The notes below the pieces were generated by a model, which saw only the letters and a list, made by a program, of their open reading frames with translations, ran no database searches and was not told where the DNA came from. The position numbers and the translations under genes were made by a program. Below are positions 1 to 11,655 of a stretch of DNA of 64,000 nt, in pieces. The stretch spans positions 9,033,009-9,097,008 of the forward strand of contig MU058781.1 of the NCBI GenBank assembly GCA_013265495.1. Reading direction: 5' to 3'. The stretch comes from Vicugna vicugna (Eukaryota). Numbering within the stretch: position 1 is the stretch's first letter; every line of letters begins with the position of its first letter.

Positions 1-309
1 GCCTCGGGATACAGGCGAATATGAGCGCTACTGCTGCTGCTGGATACAGCCTGAAAGATTTACTTCTGATGTTCTTTCTCCTCTTATGGCCCATGTTAGA
101 ACAAATCACCGGAATCCTACCATTTCTAAGATCGATTCTTAAGAAGTCAGAGCTATTTTGAGCCTGGCAGAAGAGAGCAAAGAAGAAAATTCTCTCCTAA
201 TTCTGAACTTAAAAGTAGTCAGTTTTATTCCAAAGTTTCTCTCTTTTTAGGTTGATTCCTAGTAATAAAGAATCACTTTAAAGAAAGAAGAGGTAGGGTG
301 GCTTTGTGA

Positions 310-490
310 AAAGAGCTCAAGATTTGGAATCTGTCGGTCGTGGGTTCAGATTACAGTTCCTGTGATGTCATACAACATGCTTCCTTGAATCAGTCTCTTC
401 ATCTGTAAAATGGAGATACCTAATTTGCAGAAGGTTAAATTAGATACTGTGGACAGTGCCCAGTGCATAGTAGGTATATTAATATTTGAT
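310..490 (+). mobile_element. MIR SINE (decayed)
   Basis: MIR core-like 'tcagtctcttcatctgtaaaatggagata' and 3' part 'cagtgcccagtgcatagtagg'. Confidence 0.7.
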
Positions 491-596
491 AAAGGGATTC
501 AGTAAAGATAAAAAAACCTGATTTACTGGCTTTTTAAAAAAAATATTTTTACTTTAATTTTCTAACAGGTACTTTACTTCCATCAGTCTTCACTAG

Positions 597-812
597 ACAG
601 CATAGTATAGCAAATAAGAATGTGGATTCTAGAGTCTGGAGTCTGATTACCTGTATTTGAATCCTTGTTTCACAGTAAGAAATAGACCTTGGGGGAGTTA
701 CTCCACCCCTCTGCCTCAGTTCTCTCCTCTGCAAAGGGGGCATAACATAGTACCCACTTCACAGGATGTGCATGGAAATGGCTTAGCAATCAATAAATTG
801 CAGCTAGTACAA
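597..812 (+). mobile_element. MIR SINE
   Basis: 'tttgaatcc...gaccttggg...ctctgcctcagtttctctcctctgcaaagggggcataacatagtaccc' follows the MIR layout. Confidence 0.75.
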
Positions 813-2476
813 TGAATACTGGCTAATGATAATGAATAATAATTATTATAAATTTGTGATCCATGCTAAGGCATTATTTTACTTTAAGCAGTGAGGGTAA
901 AATTGTGCAGTCTTTCGTCATGTCAAATGTGGTGATCATCAGCCACTGATTTCCTACAAAACAGTACAGGAAACCAGGTTTATTCAGGGGTTCCTCCACG
1001 CAGTGAGACTGACAGAGCGACAGGAGGAGACTTAGCCGCAGTCTTCCAGCACGGGCTGTTCTTACTGACAGACTTTTCTTCCTCTTGTTCCTTCTGCCCC
1101 CTTTTAAAGGAGAACATTCTAGAATGGAGACCTGTCCCTAGCATTCTGTCTCTCAGAAGGGAAGGGAAGGCTACCCCAGGGTGCCTGGCTGCCACCTGTT
1201 TCTCATCCGTCGGGACTTTGATCCTAACGATGGACTCACTTGAGCAGCTACATAGCTCAGCCCCAGCACAGCCGACTGCACTTAGCAAGGAAGTGGAGGC
1301 TTTAGAGGGTGGCGTGGTTACCTCATTACCAGGCAAAGGGCCAGCAGGATATTCAGGTGTACTGAGTTTTATGTACAGACTATACTATATTTTCAGAGCT
1401 CTGACCCTTAGAAAAGCATCGTTAAAATGCTTTCCTCTCTATCTCACATTCATTTCCAAAACCACTGAAGTGAAAGGGTCTATTAGTTCAGGGCCAGATT
1501 TGAAAGCGCATGAAACCTGCATTCATGAGGCTAAGAAACAGCTTAATAATTAAGTTAAAACAGTTGAAAGTGGGTCTAATTTCAAACAGATCAGCTAACC
1601 GTGTTAGAAGCAAATGAGGGCGTGTTCTTTCCTTTTTTTTCCTTCCACCCCCAAGAGATTGGCTCCAATCCCAAGCAGTTTTGCTAATTTCTTTTTTCTC
1701 TTTACCTTTATATAAGATAGAATTCTTCACTGCCCATATGTTAAATTGGTGTCGCAATTAAAACCATAGCATATGTAATATTTAGTCCATTTCTTCCTTT
1801 CATAGGGCATATAATCAATTGCATTTGAAGATCCATTAGGACATATTTGGGTTTCACAGTCCAGATATGTAGCTTTTATCCTGTGCTCCTGAGCTGTATT
1901 TTATCGGGCATTACAGCTGAACTCGGATGATTATGTCATTTCAAAAATGTGTTTAGTATGTTTGCAGTACCTCCCATGCACCAATTTGACTACCATCCAA
2001 AGTAGCATCAGAGCAATCTGATGTTAGACAATTAGCTTCCATTTCACACTGCCTCTCAACTGCCTGCATCTCCTTGAGAATGCGCAGAGAGCCTGGATTA
2101 CTCACACATGCAGCATGCAGGTGGTGCCTGGCTTCTCAGGACACATTTTAGCACTTACTGAACATTACGTTATCTAAGCACTGGCTAAATATTGGAGACG
2201 GAAATAATGAGTGTGGTTTGGGCCTTTGAGGAGACTTAGTCTGGATGTTCTGGTAATACTGCTATTCTGTTGTGAGCCTGGTTGGAAGGGATTGGGGTGA
2301 GAGAGAGGGTCCTATGTAGGTGCACTGGCTACCCTAGGTGATACACTTGCTCTTGTGATTAAAGTTTTATGGATGATTCTTACCAAATCTAAGGTGTCCA
2401 GGACTGCTCTTTTGTGCTTTCATTTTGACTTCGTTACTTTTCTTTCAAATGTCTTTCACTTTTTATTCAGACAACA

Positions 2477-2600
2477 ATGACCACGTATGATTATGTCTTG
2501 ATTTGTCTGGGATGGTCTTGGTTTATACCCGTTGTCCTGGTGTAATTAATAAGTGCCCTTTTCTCATTCTCTAAAGTGTGGTAAATTACATGGTTATCTG
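2477..2600. mobile_element. MER94-like hAT-Blackjack MITE
   Basis: 'tttgtctgggatggtcttggtttatacccgttgtcctggtgtaattaataagtgcccttttctcattctctaaagtgt' matches the recalled MER94 body; ends 'tgaccac' and 'atggttatc' are degenerate inverted termini. Confidence 0.7.
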
Positions 2601-2619
2601 ATCCATTCCTAAAGTAGAC

Positions 2620-2790
2620 TCAGTGCTGTGCCAAGCACTGCTTGAGATACAGAAGCCTAAGATGTGATCCTTGCCCTCAAGGAGATGGAAACTTAGTTGG
2701 GAAGAGAAGATAAGTGCTAATAAAACAAAATCTGTAATATAAAGTATTCAATTGAATGATGTGAGATCTTAAGAGACTGGAAGATAGGAG
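2620..2790 (-). mobile_element. L2 LINE 3' fragment
   Basis: 'tgtgccaagcactg...gatacagaag...tccttgccctcaaggag' is typical antisense L2 3' sequence; a similar piece lies at about 2150-2245. Confidence 0.6.
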
Positions 2791-3514
2791 ACCACTGGAG
2801 ACTTGAGGTATCAGGGAATGAATGGGTCAGGGTTCTTCGAAGACAACAGAAAACAGTTCAGTTAGTTTTAACAGAAAGGGGTTTAAAAAGAGATACTAGA
2901 TAATCTATAGAATTATTGGAGCAGACTCTTTGCTGAGTTTTCTGGAAATAACACCCAAACCACGTAGAAGTTGCTGGTTAAGAGATGCTGCCTCCAGCCC
3001 TCCTGCCCCAGTAGGGCAGAAGCCACAACACCTGTCTGCTTCTTCATGAAGCTCACTTCACAATCCGTGTCTCGTACGTGTTGCATCGGAGTGTTTGACC
3101 TGGGTCTCAAGTTTGCACCTGAGGGACAAAGGAGGCTGGGAACTGTGTCTCGGAATGTGTATTCGTAAGGTGGAGTTCACAGTGCAGAGACTCAGTGTGA
3201 AGAAGGTATTCAGACACTGACTACTGCAGAGGGTTTCATGGATGTGATGATGTTAGTACTGGACTTTGGAGGTGAGAAGGACTTAATCAGGCGAGTGAGG
3301 AAAGAGGTTCTCAGTGTGAGAGGAGCCGGAGTCAAGTGACAGGAGGCACGGGAACAAACCTGGCTCTCTGCACATTCTCAAGGAGATGCAGGCAGTTGAG
3401 AGGCAGTGTGAAATACTGTTCATTATGAAGAGTGGGCCCTCTGGGCTTCGAAGTCAAAGGGAAGGACGTACACCTGCCACCTTGGACAGCAAAGCACGTG
3501 TGTCGGTCCACGAC

Positions 3515-3735
3515 AACTTAGGCTTTGCTGCAGTAACAGATCAACCCTGGAGGAAACTTTATCTCGTGTTCACAGTCCAGTACATCTAGTACCAGTTGGT
3601 GGGAAGTTCGGACCCAGGGATTGTCTGCTGCACACAGGCACCCAGGGACCCAGGCTGACCGCAGGAGGCGCACAGGATATTTCTGTTTATGTCCGTTGGC
3701 CAGAACTATTCACAGGGCCCCACCCAACTTTAAGA
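3515..3735 (-). mobile_element. Old MaLR (MLT1J/K-like) LTR fragment
   Basis: 'gctgcagtaaca...cagggacccaggctga...ttggccagaactattcacagggccccaccc' motifs. Confidence 0.5.
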
Positions 3736-4754
3736 GTTTGGCAAATACATACTTCTGTATAATTAAGGAGAAGATACAGGCAAATACTAGAAGTTTCCAC
3801 CACGCATGTTGGAAAGTGTTTGAGCACGAGCGTAACAGTGAAAGGAGCGTGTGGGAGCAGAAGTTCACGAGAGCAGGGCCACGCCGACTGTCCTGCTCAC
3901 CCCCAGCCTCGGGCCCTAGCCCGGCGCCGGGCTCCGAGGTGGTACTCAGCACATGTTTGCTGAATGAGCTTGCCTTTCACCGACGTGCAGGCTGGAGTGG
4001 GTGGTTCCTTGACCAGAGACAGGGAGGTAGACGGTACGTAATAGGCTGATACCTTCTGTTACTTCAACTTAGGGCATAAATATATTCTTCAAAGGCTAAA
4101 AAAATCACAGTCAGGCCACCCAACCTGCTGTTTGAAGTCCTTTGACATCTTGATAAGCAGATTGCGAAAGCCCTTTTCTAAGCTGATGATAATCTTGCAA
4201 ATTTAAATTCTTTTCGTGGGCACTGCAGGGATGAGTACTTCAGAGCCAGGCGTGCTTTCACCCATGAAGTTTCGTCTCCCTCCCTTTCACTTTCTAATGA
4301 TGAAAATGACAGCCTGTTTCTCCTGTCGTGTTCAGAGTACAGACTTTGAGTCGTACCTGAAGTAATGGAATCACAAGTCTCTTTGTTTGCTAACACAATT
4401 TGCAATGTCTTAAAATTAAATGATGTCGGAGAAAGTTTTCTCCTGTCCTTCAACCTCCTCAATGCAATTCTGTAAAATTACTGAGAAATGTCAATATACA
4501 AGTCATGTGTCACGTTGACCTTTATCTAGTAGAAAGTCAACCTATAAGAATAGGATACAGTACCTTTCAGATTTGCCACCACTTGGGAAGGAAGTCCAAA
4601 GGATGCAAAAAGCAAAGGAGCACTGCAGACTGACTTTTTCAGAGTCAGCATTTTCCTTCTAGAGGCCCCTGGCTCCCAGGGCTTCTTTCTTACAAACATC
4701 CATTTTGAGAGACTAGAGTATCCCGTAAGCATGTAAATTTTGCATCTTACTGTG

Positions 4755-4945
4755 TGGATTGGAATTTTGGTTCTGTCCCTTACTAGCTGTGTGGTCATTG
4801 GCTGGTCAGTTCCAATATCAAGGTATGTTTCCTCTTCTGTAACTGAAGGTAATAGAGTCTGTTTGATGGAGGAGGGGTGTTGACAAGAAGTGAGATAATG
4901 CAGGAGAAACAACTGGTGCAGAGGAAGTGATCAGTGAATATGTGG
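4755..4945 (+). mobile_element. MIR SINE
   Basis: 'cttactagctgtgtg...gtttcctcttctgtaa...gtgagataatgca'. Confidence 0.65.
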
Positions 4946-5393
4946 TATGAAATTGGTGGCATGGTGACGGTCAGTGAAGATGTACTTGAACCCAGTTAAT
5001 CAAGATGCTAATATCGCATTCACGACACATTTAGTGTGAGAAGAGAACTCGGTCATTGGTCTATTCGACCACATTTATGACCAGCAACAGCATTTTTTTT
5101 TATGTACAGTTACCTAAAATAAACACTTTGTGATCATAGTTGTAAGTTTTCCTTTTTCAGTGACTCTTGGTGCTGTCTCTTTCCTGCTAGCCTTCGGCAT
5201 CCATGGTACAGGGTAGTGTTACTTGCTACAGGCCTTTCCTTTTAAATATTCTTGTAGAAGGTGGTTTTCCATGCTCTGTACTATATAATCTGAAAATAAA
5301 TACAAACAATCTGCCTAATTAGTTAGTCTCCCTGTTTCTACCCTATAAAAATCATATCCTATCTCTCTTGTGCTCAGAAACATCTAGGGTTCC

Positions 5394-5978
5394 ATATGAC
5401 CTGGCATATGCACCCCACAGAATTAAAAGCAGGCACTCAAATAGATACTTGCTCTGTTTGTATGCCGATTGTATTGCATGCCAATGTTCATGGCAGCGTT
5501 ATTCACACAAAAGCTGGAAACCACCCAAGTGCCCATCAGCAAGTAAATGGATAAACAGAACATGTTTGATATGTTGACATATACATACAATGGAATTTCA
5601 TTCCGCCAGAAAAAGAAAGGAAGTTCTGATACATGCTACCACATGGATAAACCTTGGAAACATTCTGCTAAGTGAAATAAGTCGGCACAAGAGAACAGCT
5701 ATTATATGATTCCACTTATATGCAAGGTCTAGAATAGATAGAAAGTAGGTCCAGAACAGACAGAAAGGGTATCAGTGGTTGGGAGTGGGGGTGGGAAGTT
5801 GTCTCTTAATGGTTACAGCTGCCGTTTAGAGTGATTTTAAAAAACTTAGACAGTGGTGATAATTGTACATTGTGGCAAATGTAATTGATGCCACTGAACT
5901 GTACACCTTCAAATGGTTAAAGTGGTAATTTTTATGTTATATGTAGCTCACTACAGTAAAAAAAAATTTTTTTTAATA
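5394..5978 (+). mobile_element. 5'-truncated old L1 (L1MB-like) ORF2 end and 3'UTR
   Basis: 'catatgacc...aatgttcatggcagcgttattcac...atggataaac...gccactgaactgtacac...aaatggttaaa', A-rich tail, degenerate TSD at 5378-5393 and 5979-5994. Confidence 0.9.
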
Positions 5979-5994
5979 AAAAGTTTAGGGTTTC

Positions 5995-6142
5995 AAAGAG
6001 GGAGGAGGTATAGTTCAAGTGGTACCCTGCATGCTTAGCATACACGAGGTCCTGGGTTCAATCCCCAGTACCTCCTCTGAAAAAAAATTAATAAATAAAC
6101 CTGCTTACCCTCCCTCCCCCACCCCCTGCAACAAAACAGAAC
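5995..6142 (+). mobile_element. tRNA-Ala-derived camelid SINE (vic-1-like)
   Basis: tRNA-like head with A box 'tagttcaagtgg' and B box 'ggttcaatcc', 'gcttagcat' anticodon-like loop, 'aataaataaacct' tail; TSD aaaagtYtagggtttc at 5979-5994 and 6143-6158. Confidence 0.92.
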
Positions 6143-9100
6143 AAAAGTCTAGGGTTTCCCAGCACAGTTAAGAGTGTCCCTGCCATGGCCTTCAAGGCAT
6201 CCGCCAATCCCCACCCCTGGTTGCCTCTCTGACATCATCATCCACCTTGCTTCCCCTCCAGCACACCGGGCCAGCCCCCGGACCTCCATGCTGCACCTTG
6301 AATGTGCACACACCGGGTTTGCCCCCTCAGGAGGAGCCTTTCCACTCACTAGTCCCTCTGCTTGGGGCCCTTCTCTCAGAGGCCCACACGAAGTGTCTGC
6401 AGTCACCAGCGTCTGCTGAAGCACCACCTTGTCAGTGTGACCTCCCTGAGCAACCTCTGTAAAATAGCAACCCCACCATCTGTCACACCTGTACCCCTGT
6501 CCTGGCTCTTGTTTTCTCCACGGTACATCTCACCGTCAGACACACCCAGTATTTGTGTATTTCTGTGTCTCCAGTTAATACAATGGAAGCCCACCCGTAA
6601 GTGCTGGGATGTTTAGCTTTGTTCACTTCTTTGTCCTTAATGTCTCGAATAGTGCCTGGCATAGGCAAAAGCTCAGTCAGTGTCTCCTGAATGCATGAAT
6701 GGATGGATGAACGAATGAATGAATGTATTGGTGCTGAAGACAGATGTGTATCCCTTATTAACAGGTATTGCAGGACCAAATATCTGGTCATCCTGTACAT
6801 CCCTTAGCTGTTGTCACTACAAATGCCTCATGAGAAACAACCATAAAACCTTAGTGGCGTTCAGCTAATCTCGACTGGGCACACACTCCCACAATTGCAG
6901 TCACCTGCAGGGTAGCTGAACAGATCATTTAAAACACTAACATCTGCCAGTACCTCTCGTGGTTACCCTAGTTGAACAGAACCCTTAGGAGTAATTATTT
7001 TGAGTTGAACTGATTGAAGATTCACTCTAAGACACCCAGTTGTTACGTTCAGCAATGAGCCTGGTTCACAGCTTTCTGGTTACGCTCCATGGAATGAGGG
7101 TGGTTTCGGTTGTGGTTTAAAAGATTATCAAAAGGACTTTATCGTCAGCGAAGCATCTTGCCCCAGTTCACTTTCTCTTTTTTTAGCTTTGCCACACCTG
7201 TGGAACAGCTGTAGTTTGTACCAATGCTTATTTCCAGCCAATCATTTGGAATAGATGAGTTCAGATTTCTACCTGTTCATGAGCATTGTGATTGCAGACG
7301 TCATGGTTCTTAGTGAGCCTCCTGGGGGCTGTGTGTGTGTGTGACCTGTCCCTGCCACCTTATTTCGGTAAATGTAACAAGTCAAAAACTAGGAAAGTGT
7401 GAGCTCATTTGAAGGCCTATTTGGTGCTAAGTTTAGGAAGAACGATCAGGAAACTTAAAGAGAATGAAGGTGTCAGACAGAGGCCCATAGAGGAGGGCGG
7501 AGAAGGCAGTGCCGAGACTGAGCGGCCACCTCGGTTCATCCCTGATTGCCAGGGCCGCGCGCAGCAGTGCGCCTTAGGGATGCTGGCATTGGCGTGCTTC
7601 CTTCAGTTTACATTTTAGGGATAAAATACAGTTATGATAGCAATAGCTTTCTGATATGAAGATAATTTTTTATTCAAAGCAAACTCTTCAAAATTAGGAG
7701 ATTTTGAAGTTCTCTTCCAAGTGTATACTGTGCTGTGTGATGTATATTTTAAAACAATTTCCTTGCATTGATCACTTATTTAGTTTCAATAGATTTTCTG
7801 CATAGGCCATATGTTCAGGCCGGGTTGGAAAAAAAAAGATGATTCTTAAACTCTAATTTATCTTGAGCTACAAGCTATCAAACAATTTTTTCCTTCATCC
7901 CTGTTAGCTTCTACTTCAAGCTGTAACAGCGCCTCTGAGCCCTGAGAAAAATTTACACATAAGAAATATTTTGACTTCATTAAAGGAAGTTCAGAGCTTA
8001 AGAGTCGTTTTCATATCTCTTGAGTAGGATGAAATGCGATGTTACAGAAAATAATAATGAGGTGATGGGCAGACGCTGAGCTTCGGTTTTTGATATGATT
8101 ATTTGCCTTTCTTTCATTTGGCACCATTCAAGTCAGAGGGCTGGGCGTCCTGAGAGGGCGGGGTCACCACGAGCACACAGAGGCAGCTCAGATCTATTCC
8201 TTTGGTGGTCATCAGGGCAAAATTATTCAGAATATAACCTGCAATGCATTGGATCACACGGCAGATAGTTTAATACTTTATGTTTGGCCTTATTAGCACA
8301 GCCTTGTGTTAACTCTGCTATCGCCAAAATAAGATTAAAAACTGAGATTGTCGTGATTTCTTTTTGCACGTGCTTATGTTCCGGTTTTAAACTTTTTCTT
8401 CGCCACTTTGATGATCTGATAGCAGGTACGCATTTGAGGTGGGGGAGGGGAAAGGCTGGCAGCACCGTGCTCTTATCACATGGCTCTGTGACAGAGGTTT
8501 TAAAATGTCAGTTTTCTCCCCAAATAAATGAAAAGGTGTAATTGATTCTGAGTTTAATTCACTTATCCTGTTCCATGGCAGCATACCTGTAATGCGGACC
8601 AACCGTACGTATAACCTTCTGTGCACGGACTGCAAGACCTAGAAAATAGCCCAGCTTTGGTCTGGGGATAATGGGCACACCTAGTTGTGTGATAGTAAGA
8701 GGCTCCCAATTTAAGAAACGTCGAGAAAAGTAGTGGAGAAAGGTACCTTGGCGCCTGTAATCCCCTGTATGTCCTGGTACCTGCAAGTGACACGAAGCAC
8801 AGGGGTGAGGTTGTCAATCCAAGAAGGGAGCTGGCGTGTGGAATGCAACTGCTGGGCCCTGGCAACATCTGCAGGTGTCAGGGACGGAGGAACTCACTTA
8901 GAAGCTGCCCTGCAAGATGGGAAGACAGGTGGCATCTCTCTTACAGGGATGCCTTTCATTTGAGCAGAACCAAACCAACTGTTCCTCGTTAAAATACATC
9001 TTGCAATACGCTCTAATGTGAGCAGATCAAGTATGTGTGTTCAGGGAAAATCCAGTGACGTGCCATCCACAGGTCATATTTACGGAGTCTCAACATGGTT

Positions 9101-10789
9101 CCGAGCTGCAGGACAGGTGGCCTGAAATGTCTCTGCCTGACCCGAGGCTGCCCTTCCTGGAAGGGCCTTCGGTCGGGAAACACAAGATAACACCGTCACC
9201 TCCACGTAAAGTGGATAAAGTCTGTTTGGTAGGAATCTTGATACTGGTAGTCATTTTAATAATTACACGGTTGCTTGATTTTTCTCCTGTCTTTATATTG
9301 CATTATAGGTGCATGTCTGATGTTCCTTCCAGGCTCAACCTAATGTGACCACAGCCAGGCCTCTCTGCTTCCCCACGGACACCTACTCTGGAAACTGGGC
9401 CAGCTCTTGCAGTCGGGAGAAACTCGCGTTAGGGAGAATTGAAGCAGAGCAGGCGTGGAGAGCAGGGCCCTGCTGGGCACGTGGTGAACGTCCCAGAAAC
9501 ATGGCTTTTTCCATGTAGTTGTCTTCCAGAAAGCATATCGTCCACCCGCCTTTCTTGCTGGTCCTTTTATTCTGGTTCTGCAGCCGTGTCACAGTTTATA
9601 AGTATTTTTGATGAGAAGGAGAAGGAGCTGCCAGAGGGGCCTCTGAGCATCATGGCTCTCTTCCAGGGGAAGGCCAAGCCCGTCAGCTCCTAAGAGGAGG
9701 ATCCTTGCAGCTGTTTGAATATAGAGCTATAGAATGCGAAGGAACAAGCAGACACGCAAATATCCCTTCAGAAAATGTTGACGGACCACCTTGCAGGTAC
9801 CCTTTCCTTCAGGTCCCTGTTTCTTTTGGCAGAAAGAGCTGTGGCTAGGACAGATCAGGGTGGCCCTGGAGGTCTGTTTCTCTGTGTTAGCTCAGTAGAA
9901 GGCAAAGGCCGTAGAGGAGGCCAAGCCCTGGTGGCCCCCATCTTCCTCCACCAGGAGGGTTCAGGGGCAGCCAGCCACACGCTGCTGGGAGGCGCCTCGC
10001 CCGCCTTCCCCTGTAGATGTGTGGAGAAGGCGGCTTCCTCTGGAGCACGTTCTCTCCTGCTGCTGGTTCAGCTCTGCCTGAACTGAGCGCACTTTCTGGT
10101 GAGATAATGAGAGCTCGGGGCATCACATGCGCCACGTGTGCCGGGATGCGGGCCAGCAGGGTGCTCGGCCCCGTAGAGCCGGAGCCCCTCACCCATAGGG
10201 GCTGCGCACTGGGTTGAGAGAGGTTTTCCTAGTGAGGGTCCTGAGCAGTCAGGTTCTGAGAAATCAGTACGAGGAGGAGGCAGGGGCAGACGGTGGGTAG
10301 AGAGGAGGTGGCTGGGTCGGGCAGAGAGCAGATTGAGGGGAACAGGTGTGTGGAGTCTGGGGGGAGGATGTGGCGTGTTTCTTTCCTTTTTAGTTTCCTG
10401 GAAGACAACAATATTAAATGTTGAAAGAAAAGCCAGATATAAAAATGGGCCCGTGGCATATCTAACAGTTGAATTCCTCTTTATAAATTGTGGTACCCAG
10501 GTCTCCCTTCTTATATGGGATGGTTTTAGTTAAGAGACTTTCCAGAAGGCTCATGCCATAGCCTAAGAGCCCAGGGAGTTAGAGGTGCTGCCTTCACGGT
10601 GGGCACAGCCCCTCCCTCATGGGTTAGAGCCCCGAGGACAGCGCCCAGGACAGGGCATCACCATCTCAGCACTGGCGGTAAGTGCCGTGGGCGGCTCTGG
10701 CCTTCTCCGTTTTCCAAGGCACACCCCTGAAATGGAATAGAATAGTGGCCCTTTTTTTAAACCTTCTGTATTCCAGCCACTCCACCTGG

Positions 10790-10972
10790 GCTCTGGGCAT
10801 ATTAATTCTAACCCTTTCAACAACACCTTAAAGTCGATATTGGTATCTTTACTTCACAGAAGAGGTAACTAGGCTTAGAGAGGTTAAGCCACTTGCCCAG
10901 TGTCACACAGCTGATAAATATCTGGACTTGCATTCAGTTTCTGGTCTGCCAGAATCTGAAACCCGTGCTATT
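10790..10972 (-). mobile_element. MIR SINE
   Basis: 'acagaagaggtaactaggcttagagaggttaagccacttgcccagtgtcacacagct' is the antisense MIR core. Confidence 0.85.
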
Positions 10973-11150
10973 CGTTAAGAAATATGTGTAAGAAACAAAA
11001 ATAGTTTAAACAAAAAAAAAATTTAAACCATATTTGAAAAGCAAATAAAATAGTGACTTTGTAATTTTTACAAAAGTAACATCTAAGGCAGTTTGCATAT
11101 TCCATCAGGGGCATACACTACCAGGAATGTGTCCTTTTTAAGTGAATTTT

Positions 11151-11255
11151 GTTTTGTTTTGTTTTTTCCCTTAACAGAGGCACTGGGGATTGAACCCAGG
11201 ACCTTGCGCATGCCAAGCACACACTCTACCACTGAGCTATGCTCTCCACTCACCC
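11151..11255 (-). mobile_element. tRNA-Ala-derived camelid SINE, short form
   Basis: Reverse strand reads 'tagctcagtggtagagtgtgtgcttggcatgcgcaaggtcctgggttcaatccccagtgcctc' with an (AAAAC)n tail; TSD ttaagtgaatttt (11138-11150) and ttaattgagtttt (11256-11268). Confidence 0.92.
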
Positions 11256-11294
11256 TTAATTGAGTTTTAAATGTTCAAGACACTTAATCTACAG

Positions 11295-11420
11295 CTCTCA
11301 TTTAATCCTCATAACGACCCTATGATGTGCGAATACTCATGTTATCTCCATTTTCAAGTGATTTTGTATAGAGGGAAAAAGAGGATAAATTATTAGAGCC
11401 CGGAGCCCATGTACTTGCTG
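11295..11420 (-). mobile_element. MIR fragment
   Basis: 'tctcatttaatcctcataacgaccctatga...ttatctccatttt'. Confidence 0.65.
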
Positions 11421-11594
11421 CTTCTAGAACTGGTCCCGTTTGCTCCTCGGGGTGTTAAACGTGCTCAAATTAAAGGCCGCTTCTTCCCTTCCCTGGTTGA
11501 CATATGATCCCTGAAGTTTCTGAACATCGAAGTTGTTTTTGTTTTGGTTTTTAGGGTTTTTTGTTTGGTTTGGTTTGGTGTATATACCTGGATC

Positions 11595-11655
11595 TACTCT
11601 AATAGGATTTGATAAGCTATATTTTTATTACTCTAATAGGATTTGATAAGCTATA
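11595..11655. repeat. Local direct duplication (27-bp exact unit, 34-bp period)
   Basis: tactctaataggatttgataagctata at 11595-11621 and 11629-11655. Confidence 0.95.

Larger units (their letters stand above)
5310..6726 (+). mobile_element. L2a-like LINE 3' end, split by L1 and SINE insertions (L2 parts about 5310-5393 and 6159-6726)
   Basis: L2 sequence reads through across the insertions and ends 'tttgttcact...aatagtgcctggcatagg...ctcagtca' plus a (GAAT/GGAT)n tail. Confidence 0.8.

Noticed and set aside
4357..4469. Minus-strand 113-nt exon-like segment (ttttacAG ... CAG|gtacga)
   Set aside because: Weak donor, not frame-preserving, peptide not recognisable
5995..6142. tRNA-Ala gene (also 11151-11255 and 38838-38997)
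   Set aside because: Mutated stems, differing anticodon loops, SINE tails and TSDs show these are SINE copies
10547..10685. Strong donor GCG|gtaagt with an upstream tttccAG
   Set aside because: Short pyrimidine tract, stops in two frames, and the open frame resembles no protein I know
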